DNA from: Eledone cirrhosa
Lineage: Eukaryota
Direction: 5' to 3'
Assembly: GCA_964016885.1 (NCBI GenBank)
Contig: OZ024748.1
Location: forward strand, 29,140,001-29,204,000
DNA length: 64,000 bases
The position numbers and the translations under genes were made by a program. This document shows, one piece after another, positions 45,001 to 54,017 of the stretch. Each line of letters starts with the position of its first letter. Position 1 is the first letter of the stretch. The notes beneath the pieces are model-generated. The model did no database searches. It was not told the DNA's origin and saw only the letters and a list, made by a program, of their open reading frames with translations.

Positions 45001-46083
45001 CACCCTGAAACTACAGTAGTTAGTATCACTAACTCCACCCTGAAACTGCAGTAGTTAGAATCACTAACTCGACCCTAAAACTACAGTAGTTAGAATCACT
45101 AACTCCACCCTGAAACTTCAGTAATTAGAATCACTAACTCCACCCTGAAACTTCAGTAGTTAGTATCACTAACTCCACCCTGAAACTTCAGTAATTAGTA
45201 TCACTAACTCCACCCTGAAACTACAGTAGTTAGAATCACTAACTCCACCCTGAAACTTCAGTAGTTAGAATCACTAACTCCACCCTAAAACTACAGTAGT
45301 TAGAATCACTAACTCCACCCTGAAACTTCAGTAGTTAGAATCATTAACTCCACCCTGAAACTACAGTAGTTAGAATCACTAAGTCCACCCTGAAACTACA
45401 GTAGTTAGTATCACTAACTCCACCCTAAAACTACAGTAGTTAGTATCACTAACTCCACCCTGAAACTACAGTAGTTAGTATCACTAACTCCACCCTGAAA
45501 CTACAGTAGTTAGTATCACTAACTCCACCCTGAAACTACAGTAGTTAGAATCACTAACTCTACCCTGAAACTACAGTAGTTAGTATCACTAACTCCACCC
45601 TGAAACTACAGTAGTTAGTATCACTAACTCCACCCTGAAACTACAGTAGTTAGTATCATTAACTCCACCCTGAAACTACAGTAGTTAGTATCACTAACTC
45701 CACCCTAAAACTATTTTAGTTAGTATCACTAACTCCACCCTGAAACTTCAGTAGTTAGTATCACTAACTCCACCCTAAAACTACAGTAGTTAGAATAACT
45801 AACTCCACCCTGAAACTACAGTAGTTAGAATCACTAACTCCACCCTGAAACTTCAGTAGTTAGTATCACTAACTCCACCCTAAAACTACAGTAGTTAGTA
45901 TCACTAACTCCACCCTGAAACTACAGTAGTTAGAATCACTAACTCCACCCTGAAACTATTGTAGTTAGTTTCATTAACTCCACCCTAAAACTACAGTAGT
46001 TAGTATCACTAACTCCACCCTAAAACTACAGTAGTTAGTATCACTAATTTCACTTTGAAACTAGAATTGTTAGTATCACTAAA
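1..46083. repeat. 35-bp tandem satellite array (~1,316 monomers), consensus AACTACAGTAGTTAG(T/A)ATCACTAACTCCACCCT(G/A)A, open at the left edge of the window
   Basis: Monomers start at 1, 36, 71 and so on. Three common dimorphic sites: CT[A/T]CAG, TTAG[T/A]ATC, CCCT[G/A]AA. The ORF track is empty across the array. The last monomers (45950-46083) are degenerate. Confidence 0.99.
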
Positions 46084-46478
46084 ATAGTTAGTATTACTGA
46101 TGTCATCATAATATTAAATTTACTCTACCTTAAAACTGATCACTAGTCAGTTTCTACATTTTCAATTGCTATATCTTCCAACAAAGGATATAACATTAGC
46201 TGGAAATTTAAATAATGTTAGTTTTATACAGAACAGGTTTAATCTATGTCTGCTGTATTATTATATTAGTCTCCCAACTCTTGTAAGATATATTATAGTC
46301 ATGTTTTATATAATTAATATATAATATAATTTATATAATTAATTTTTATATCGTTGACTGTTGTTCATTTTATGTTATTGCTTGTCTTTTTTTAGTCTCC
46401 TATTTAAATTATTCTCATTTCATATTGCATTTTTTTTTAAAATTAAAACAAAATCTCCACCAAATTATTTTACTAAAG

Positions 46479-46633
46479 AAAAGGAAGAAAAGGAATATGG
46501 GGCGTTTACGTCAAAGAAGGCATAAGAAGAATCATCGGTTGACACAATTTATTTTAGCTCGTCAGGCTCAGAAAGAAGTGAGGAAACAAGAGGAGGAGGC
46601 TGTGCAATTGGATAAAGCTAGAGAAAGATTAAG
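46479..46633 (+). CDS. First visible coding exon of a SAFB/SLTM-like gene (start of charged coiled-coil region); 5' boundary uncertain
   Basis: Translates KRKKRNMGRLRQRRHKKNHRLTQFILARQAQKEVRKQEEEAVQLDKARERL(R). Donor AAG|GTTTGT at 46634 is phase 2, matching the next exon. Candidate 5' ends: weak AAG acceptor at 46478, TAG acceptor at 46557, or in-frame ATG at 46497. Confidence 0.6.
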
Positions 46634-46726
46634 GTTTGTTGAAAATTCTTTGACACTTGAATTTTTTAGTGTAAGGTTGCATGGTTGTATGCTTAAGAAG
46701 TTCACTTTACAACTATGTAGTTTTTG

Positions 46727-46822
46727 ATTCAGTTCATTGTACAGCACAATGGGTTAACTAAACCTCGGGTGGGCCAATGCTTTGTAAGTGAAGTGTGGTA
46801 GATGAATACTATGTTAAAGCTT
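46727..46822 (+). mobile_element. Degenerate SINE-like repeat fragment
   Basis: GATTCAGTT...CCTCGGGTGGGCCAATGCTTTGTAAGTGAAGTGTGGTAGATG resembles a common cephalopod SINE body. Recognised from memory, not searched. Confidence 0.35.
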
Positions 46823-46928
46823 ATCTAAAGGATTGTTGTTGGTTTTTGGTGATAGGTTTAACTCCTCATCAGTTGATGGTGTTAAATGACATGAAAATCA
46901 GAATCTGTAAAATATATTGAGTGGTATA

Positions 46929-47057
46929 TACATTCTGAGTAAAATCCCGTTGAAGTCAACTCAGGTGGATAAAATAAAAGTACCAATAGAGTGCTGGTGT
47001 CGATATAATCGACTTTCCCCTCCCTACGAATTGCCAGCCTTGCATCTAAATTAGAAA
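46929..47057 (+). mobile_element. 5'-truncated tRNA-derived SINE, same family as 51493-51678
   Basis: Shares TCTGAGT..AAATCCCG, GATAAAATAAAAGTACCA and AATTGCCAGCCTTG..CTAAA.TAGAAA blocks with the copy at 51493-51678. Confidence 0.7.
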
Positions 47058-47327
47058 TCCTATTTATGTTGTTTGTTTAAATTGTTTTAACTACCTCATG
47101 GTGTATTTATTTTTAATATCTCATAATCGAGTGGGTGGTTTGAACACCATCAAAAACCTTTGACTCTACCTAGGGTCGAAGAAATTGTAGCAAGCAGTGA
47201 CACTATTTTATCACGGTGGAGTAATTTGGTCGTGCTTTGTCACTCGCCAGCCCTTAGGGTTGGTGGCGTATGAATACAAAAGATGACTTCCGCCCAGCAG
47301 TGGCTTCACGCCTTTTATCAGTTCTAG

Positions 47328-47555
47328 CTAGCAATTGCACTTGGCATTTCGTCAACACCAGCACCTCACAAGTGGCTTTCCTGGTCAATGCACCATCTTT
47401 CAAAACTACCTAGCAGTTGCGTTTGGCATTTCATCAACACCATTACCTTACATTTAGCTTTCCCGGTCGATGAACCATCTTTCACAACTACCTAGCAGCT
47501 GTGCTTTCCATTTCGTCGGCACCAGAACCTCACAAGTGGCTTTCCCAGTCAATGG
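47328..47555. repeat. 82-bp tandem repeat, ~2.8 diverged copies, probably part of an unclassified transposable element
   Basis: Units start with CTAGCA at 47328, 47410 and 47492 and share CATTTC.TC..CACCA..ACCT.ACA...GCTTTCC..GTC.ATG. Confidence 0.85.
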
Positions 47556-48961
47556 CTTCCTTACTCCTATGATTTTGCTCTCTAACAATGAGAGTAGTTT
47601 AATTATACGGCTTTTTGGAGATTTACTGTAACTGACAACTTGGTTCCAAACTGCTTGCCTTTAAGAGATTTGCCATTACATGTCAGCTTTGTTACACAAA
47701 ATCTGTGTACCACTTCACACCCTTTGTACATGCGTCCATGTCAAGCAAAAATAAATCTTTATTATGTTTAACTATGCCTTCTGATCTTTCCAACTGGACT
47801 AAACATAAACACGCAGCCTTACATCTCTATCTTCTTTAAGGATATAATCTCCGCTACCAATACAGAATACAGCTAAAGTAATCTCACTTAAAAATGATAT
47901 GTTGGAATAGCTTTCCTCAGTGTCTTTTCAAGATCCAAGGAAGAGCTCATCTCTTCCTTGCAAGTTAAAGAAATACCTATCAAGCATACACTTCTTCCAC
48001 TCTTGCTGCACTGAACTGTTATTAGTGTTGGTGTTAATGGTTAACTTCAGGTTAACTTTAACAAACAGGCTTATGAACAAAGGCATTCCAGTCGTGACCA
48101 TCCTAGCTTTTTAGGGTTATCCAGAACTACCTTATGTAATATGTCTGTTCTTTATGCTAATGGCATGTTATTTAATAGAGATTTCTTGGGGATTGAGTGA
48201 TCACCGAGAGGATTTATAAATTGTATCTGTACATGTGTATTTCAATCAGGCTGAGTGATCGCAGAGACACCAATAATTGTACCTCTACAAGATATGTATT
48301 TAGTGTTATGTGGATGTTATTTTGTGACTTAAATGTCTTTGCCCAGAAAACAGTCTAACACCAATAATGTTGTTCCATCATCTGACACAGTGATTTTATT
48401 ATCTTGTCTAACTGTCACTTGATTCTCTTTCCCTGGGAATAAAATAAGTAGTTTATATATTAACCCTATATCAATAGGCTTTTCTTTATACTCCTTACCA
48501 TTAAACATTTTATTACCATATTTCTAATGAAATACACTTTATTTAAATTAATCAATAAAGAAATTTGAGGGATTTACTAAAATTCTTATTATTACTAAAA
48601 ACAGTAATTTAACATGATTATTATATAAAGTTGTTGGAAGATTATAATTTAGGTAGGAAACACTTTAAAACATGGGGTTATCTTTCACAGAACCTGAGCC
48701 CAAAAGGGCTAAAAAAATAATGTTAAGATATCAACAACCTCATCTGATATTTCTAATATTTAAGGTTAATAAATTGGCATATAAAAAAAATACATATTTT
48801 TTCCTAAATTCCAAAGAAAGTATGTTTGATATTTTTCAGAGTATTATGAGAATGTATAGACTCAGTTCAGTGTGTGATAGGGACTGGGAACATTTTCATT
48901 CTATTTTGATTTTTTCCAAGTATTTCTTGGTGATGTCTTTATATTGTTTTATACTTCTCAG

Positions 48962-49057
48962 GCTGGAGAGAAGAAAGCTGGAGAAAGAAAAACTATTAAG
49001 ATATAGAATGGAAAAAGAAATTCTTCAAAAGGAAAGGCTGAAAGCTGAGATGATGAG
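48962..49057 (+). CDS. SAFB/SLTM-like gene, 96-bp coiled-coil exon (copy A)
   Basis: Polypyrimidine tract and CAG acceptor, GTGAGT donor at 49058, phase 2-2. Translates (R)LERRKLEKEKLLRYRMEKEILQKERLKAEMM(R). Confidence 0.85.
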
Positions 49058-49155
49058 GTGAGTAAATCAGAAAATATTCTTACTATACCATTATGAACTT
49101 AATGGTATCTTATTAATTATCTTTGACATTATTTAGTCAATTGAGTTAATTTACT

Positions 49156-49245
49156 ACTCGCCGTCAAGGCTAACGAACTAACTGATAGAATACAGCATGG
49201 CAAAGTAGCCGATAGAATACAGCAACAATAATATTAATAATAGCC
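49156..49245. mobile_element. 90-bp insertion flanked by a 21-bp target-site duplication
   Basis: AGTCAATTGAGTTAATTTACT occurs at 49135-49155 and 49246-49266. The insert has an (AAT)-rich end. The paralogous site at ~49679-49698 is empty. Confidence 0.75.
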
Positions 49246-49516
49246 AGTCAATTGAGTTAATTTACTTATTCCTCTCCCTCCTCTTGGCTACCTTTTCTAT
49301 TTGTTTTGTTTATTGGTTGGTTTTGGTTGTTGGCAATAGGATCTTTTAAATAGATTTTACTTTGTGGAAAGTAGTCTGAAATGTAATTCATATGTGTGAC
49401 ATGATAACAACACTCAACAATATGTTATCAAATGTATAAAAATATATTGTAATGTAAATCTGTTGAAAAAATATATAATTCTTCCTAAATTCCAAACAAA
49501 ATATGTTGTTCTTCAG

Positions 49517-49612
49517 GTTAGAGACAATAAATCTGGAGAAAGAAAAACTATTGAGATATAGATTGGAAAGTGAACTTCTTCAAAAGGAAAGACTTAAAGC
49601 TGAGATGATGAT
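49517..49612 (+). CDS. SAFB/SLTM-like gene, 96-bp coiled-coil exon (copy B, tandem duplicate)
   Basis: TTCTTCAG acceptor, GTGAGT donor at 49613, phase 2-2, no stops. Translates LETINLEKEKLLRYRLESELLQKERLKAEMM, 25/31 aa identical to copy A. Confidence 0.75.
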
Positions 49613-49839
49613 GTGAGTAATTCAGATTATTTTCTTACTATATCATTATCAACATTTTAATTGTTTTTGACATCATTTAGTCAATTGAGTTAATTACTTA
49701 TTCCTCTCCCTCCTCTTGGTAACCCTTTCTATTTGTTTTGTTTATTGGTGGTTTTGGTTGTTGGCAATAGGATCTTCTGAATAGATTTTACTGAGTGGAA
49801 AGTAGTCTGAAATATGATTCATATGTGTGACATGATAAC

Positions 49840-50041
49840 AGCATGTGGTTTAAGGTAATTTTCTCTGTTAAAGCAGAGATTAGCCTTGCTGAGCTCCACA
49901 ACAAGCTTCATATTCATGATGGGCTCCTTCTTCTGGCAATATTTTATGGCTGGATGTCCTTCTTGGTGCCAACCATTTTAGTCACCCCTTTACAACATGC
50001 AAAGATACAGAGTACCTATTTTAAACTAGATACACACAGTT
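49840..50041 (-). mobile_element. ~200-bp insertion containing an RTE 3'-end-like motif, between 12-bp direct repeats
   Basis: TGACATGATAAC at 49828-49839 and 50042-50053. Internal GGCTGGATGTCCTTCTTGGTGCCAACCA is the reverse complement of the motif in the RTE 3' UTRs at ~53330 and ~62795. Confidence 0.5.
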
Positions 50042-50340
50042 TGACATGATAACTTATGTATGAAAAAATATTGTAATGAAGATGTGTAGCAGCCATAATA
50101 AACCAGTGGTAGTGGGGATCTTTGACTCAGCAGTCATCTTGCATCTTAAACAACCACTAGCTATATGTAAACTACACTGAGGAAGTATTTATGTAGTCAC
50201 TCAGCCTGCTAGTAATAACAGCCAAATCTCACCATGCCACCTTAAAAAGATGAAGGATACATCTTCTGGCTGCTTATCCACTACTGCAGTTGTTTACTAC
50301 TATTAACTTTATTTTGTTGTTTACTGTTCCTTGTTTTTAG

Positions 50341-50484
50341 GCTGGAAATGAGACATTCCATGAAAAGACCTTTTGATCGAAGCAACGTACGTGAGGAAGA
50401 TCTCTGGGAGGAACCTAAACGTTCCAGGATAAGCAATTCCAACAACTCCTTGAGGTTTGAACTTCCATTCCAGAATGAATCTCA
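50341..50484 (+). CDS. SAFB/SLTM-like gene exon
   Basis: TTGTTTTTAG acceptor, GTAAGT donor at 50485, phase 2-2. Translates LEMRHSMKRPFDRSNVREEDLWEEPKRSRISNSNNSLRFELPFQNES; the KRP..R...D.W...KR pattern resembles the post-coiled-coil motif of SAFB proteins. Confidence 0.85.
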
Positions 50485-50526
50485 GTAAGTTATGTGTGAT
50501 GAATGATAATATTTCTGTCATTGCTT

Positions 50527-51470
50527 TATTATTGTTGTTGTTATGGCTGTTATTGATTTATTGTTACTGTTGTTGTTATGGCTGTTATTGATTTATTGTT
50601 ACTGTTGTTGTTATGTCTGTTATTGATTTATTGTTACTGTTGTTGTTATGTCTGTTATTGATTTATTGTTACTGTTGTTGTTATGTCTGTTATTGATTTA
50701 TTGTTACTGTTGTTGTTATGTCTGTTATTGATTTATTGTTACCGTTGTTGTTATGTATGTTATTGATTTATTATTACTGTTGTTATGTCTGTTATTGATT
50801 TATTGTTACTGTTGTTGTTATGTCTGTTATTGATTTATTGTTACTGTTGTTATGTCTGTTGTTGATTTATTGTTACTGTTGTTGTTATGTCTGTTATTGA
50901 TTTATTGTTACTGTTGTTATGTCTGTTGTTGATTTATTGTTACTGTTGTTATATCTGTTGTTGATTTATTGTTACTGTTGTTGTTATGTCTGTTATTGAT
51001 TTATTGTTACTGTTGTTATGTCTGTTGTTGATTTATTGTTACTGTTGTTATATCTGTTATTGATTTATTGTTACCGTTGTTGTTATGTATGTTATTGATT
51101 TATTATTACTGTTGTTATGTATGTTATTGATTTATTATTACTGTTGTTATGTCTGTTATTGATTTATTGTTACTGTTGTTGTTATGTCTGTTATTGATTT
51201 ATTGTTACTGTTGTTATGTCTGTTATTGATTTATTGTTACTGTTGTTATGTCTGTTGTTGATTTATTGTTACTGTTGTTATATCTGTTGTTGATTTATTG
51301 TTACTGTTGTTGTTATGCCTGTCATTAATTTATTGTTACTGTTGTTGTTATGTCTGTTATTGATTTATTATTACTGTTGTTGTTATGGCTGTTATTGATT
51401 TATTGTTACTGTTGTTATGTCTGTTGATTTATTGTTACTGTTGTTGTCTGTTATTGATTTATTATTACTG
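50527..51470. repeat. T/G-rich minisatellite with 35/32-bp unit GTTATTGATTTATTGTTACTGTTGTT(GTT)ATGTCT, ~28 copies
   Basis: Direct reading: units at 50549, 50584 and onward. Length variants differ by one GTT. Confidence 0.95.
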
Positions 51471-51492
51471 GTATGACCGGTATTACTGGTAT

Positions 51493-51678
51493 GGCAGTGG
51501 ATTGGCAGTATCGGTAGAGGGTAGGACGCCATGCTTTCCAGCATAGTTACGTCCCTTTATGATCTGAGTTCAAATCCCGCCGAGGTTGACTTTGCCTTTC
51601 ATCCTTACGAGGTCGATAAAATAAAGTACCAGTAATGCACTGGATAATTGCTGGCCTTGTGCCTAAAGTAGAAACAAT
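51493..51678 (+). mobile_element. tRNA-derived SINE with internal Pol III promoter boxes
   Basis: A-box-like TGGCAGTATCGG and B-box-like GAGTTCAAATCC. Flanked by the direct repeat TATTACTGGTAT (51481-51492 and 51679-51690). A second copy lies at 46929-47057. Confidence 0.8.
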
Positions 51679-51767
51679 TATTACTGGTATGACCTTATAA
51701 ACACCCTTTTGCCTTTCTTACCTTTGTGTATGTTTTTTCATTTCATCCCCCTTTCTCTCCCTCTCAG

Positions 51768-51920
51768 CTACTATGAATATGATCATATTGGTGGTGAAAG
51801 ACATGTGGAACTTTATGAGAGAGAAATGAAGAGAAGGGAGATGGGTCCTATCCGAGATATTCGAGACAGAGAGGACAGACAATCTGATGACCGGTCTCGA
51901 ACAGATGAAAAACTTGGAAG
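51768..51920 (+). CDS. SAFB/SLTM-like gene exon (R/D/E-rich)
   Basis: Long pyrimidine tract and CAG acceptor, AG|GTAATT donor, phase 2-2. Translates YYEYDHIGGERHVELYEREMKRREMGPIRDIRDREDRQSDDRSRTDEKLG(R). Confidence 0.88.
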
Positions 51921-52434
51921 GTAATTTTTGTTTTTCCTTTTTTTATCTTATATTAGTTTTTATTTATTTTTCTTTAGGTATTTATTTATATATTTATGTG
52001 TGTGAAAGATCATATATACATATATAAATATACTCACACATACATCTCACTTCCTCCATCATCCCACACCGTACAAAATTCTTTCCTCGGTCACTTTTGC
52101 ACGGTTAAGATGTGTCTTGGTCTTCTCGTCAATATTCGCAAGTTCTTATGTTCAAATGAATCATTGACTTGATTTCCTCATTTTTTCCTCTCTTTACATT
52201 GTCTCACCATTCATGTTTGTTTACCTGTCGCTCTTTCTCCACCCAATTCTTTTTATCCCAATAACTTATTTTAGTTATTGTATCGCGCTAGTCTGAGGTA
52301 TCTGGTCTTTAATGTGAAGAAATACCTATGATGGCTAGTAGACCACTGAAGATGGGTAGTCCTGGATTCTATTTCTAATTCTTCATTTTATTTATATATT
52401 ACATTTGCAACAACACAGCATGCCATTTTTCATT

Positions 52435-52436
<2 letters not shown>

Positions 52437-52466
<30 letters not shown>
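52437..52466. repeat. (TA)n microsatellite
   Basis: Direct reading; abuts the 5' end of the RTE fragment. Confidence 0.95.
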
Positions 52467-52469
<3 letters not shown>

Positions 52470-52470
<1 letters not shown>

Positions 52471-53481
52471 TAACTCAAGACGGGTTCAATGAGTCTCTAA
52501 TGCTCACTACCTCCCAGAAACCCAACAGTGACTATAAAATTATTACTGGCGATCTTAATGGTCATGTTGGACAACATTGTGATGACTATGATGGTGTCCA
52601 TGGGGGTTATTGGTTTGGTACTAGAAATGAGGAAGGCTTCAGGATCCTGGAATTCTGTGATGCAAATGACCTGATTGTCTGCAACACAAACTTCAAAAAA
52701 CATTAGTCATTTGATCATGTATAGATCAGGGGAGCACGCCAGCCAGATAGACTTTATCCTTACTAGGAAACGAGACAAAGTGTCTGTTTTGAACACTAAG
52801 ACGCTCCCTCATGAATAACGCGCCTCCCAACATAATTTAATAGTAAGTGACTTCATAGTCAGAACCAAACGTAATTGCCGCCAGAGAATACCTTAAGGAG
52901 AAGATTATGCTGAAATGTTGAAGGTATCTGGAATGGTGGGACATACTATGGTCACCCGGATAGTAAACCAAGTAATACAGAATGGGGTCATACCAAATCA
53001 CTAGCGTAGCAACATCATCATCAACTGTTACAAGGGCAAAGGAGACGCCCTGGATAGAGGAAACTATAGGGGTATTAAATTAGTTGACCAAATCATGAAA
53101 GTCACAGAAAGAGTTATTACTCAACTGATTAGAGACCAAATTGATCTAGATGAAATGCAATTTGGGTTTGTGCCAGGTAAAAGTACCACGCATGCTCTTT
53201 TCCTTGTACGGCAATTGAAGGAGAAGTACCTGGCTAACAGTAAACCCTTCTACACCTTAATCTGGTGGGCTCTTAGAAAACTAGGGGTGTAGAAGACATG
53301 GTGAAAAGGCTTCCAGTCCACACTGTAAGTGTGGTTGGAGCTAGGAAGGGCCTCCAGCTGTAAAAGAAACCTGCCAGAGACGCTTCCGTGTGAGCGAGAC
53401 ATGGTCTCCCGCAGCAAATGGAACAAAACCGTCTAACACATGCTAGCGTGGAAGATGGACGTTAAACGATGATGATGATGA
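52470..53481 (+). mobile_element. Dead, internally deleted RTE-clade LINE (AP endonuclease fragment, RT N-terminal fragment, 3' UTR)
   Basis: Endonuclease motifs GDLNGHVG, RNEEG.RILEFC, SQIDFILTRK and SQHNLIVSD. RT motifs YKGKGD...NYRGIKL and QFGFVPGKSTT. In-frame stops are present. Ends GGACGTTAAACGATGATGATGATGA. Confidence 0.92.
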
Positions 53482-54017
53482 CATACACACATGCATAACA
53501 CATCCTAATGCCAACCAATTTGCAGAGTTTACTAGCTGTATTCCATCATGCTACATACACTTGTGAGGTTGTCTTGTCAACAGCAGGCTAAAAGGTACCT
53601 TCCCACCCCATGTAGTCTCCAATCTCTCATTACTTTTAGTGTTATTGTTGCCATCCTTGAACCAGTGGACCTTCATCACAATCCTGTGTCATTCCTTGAC
53701 AATGTTCAGGAGATTATTCTTCACAAATTCCTCACATGTCTTACATAGTCTCTCTTTTTCATGTGTTCTATTTATTTCAAACATTCAACACTTTTTTTTT
53801 ATACAACCTTCGCCCTCCTTCCACATCACATGCCTGTACCAACACTAAATCCCATTCCACTTCTACTCAGCTTTTCTCTCAGCTCTCTTCTGCTCTATCA
53901 TTCAGGCACACTTACATTTAACATGCAATGAATGTGTAAATCTTTATATGTACATTTATATTTGTTTATATGTATTTATACATATACATGCACAAAGCAA
54001 GTTTTGGAGTTGTAAAT

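Noticed and set aside
1-46083. CRISPR array (35-bp partly palindromic repeats)
   Set aside because: Units are head-to-tail with no unique spacers, there are no cas genes, and the context is eukaryotic.
1-46083. True telomere tract or strong G-quadruplex array
   Set aside because: Only one CCCTAA/CCCTGA and one G3 run per 35 bp; no tandem hexamers.
1-46083. Hammerhead ribozyme within the satellite monomer (CTGA..GAAAC)
   Set aside because: CTGAAAC overlaps both half-motifs; there is no CUGANGA-stem II-GAAA arrangement.
47560-48300. Coding remnant of a specific transposon family
   Set aside because: No recognisable motif in the frames examined; left unclassified.
51493-51590. tRNA gene
   Set aside because: A and B boxes are present but no cloverleaf; it continues into a repeated SINE body with a flanking duplication.
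52341-52378. Third hammerhead candidate (CTGAAGA at 52346-52352)
   Set aside because: No closing stem II, GAAA or cleavage triplet follows; at most a truncated remnant.
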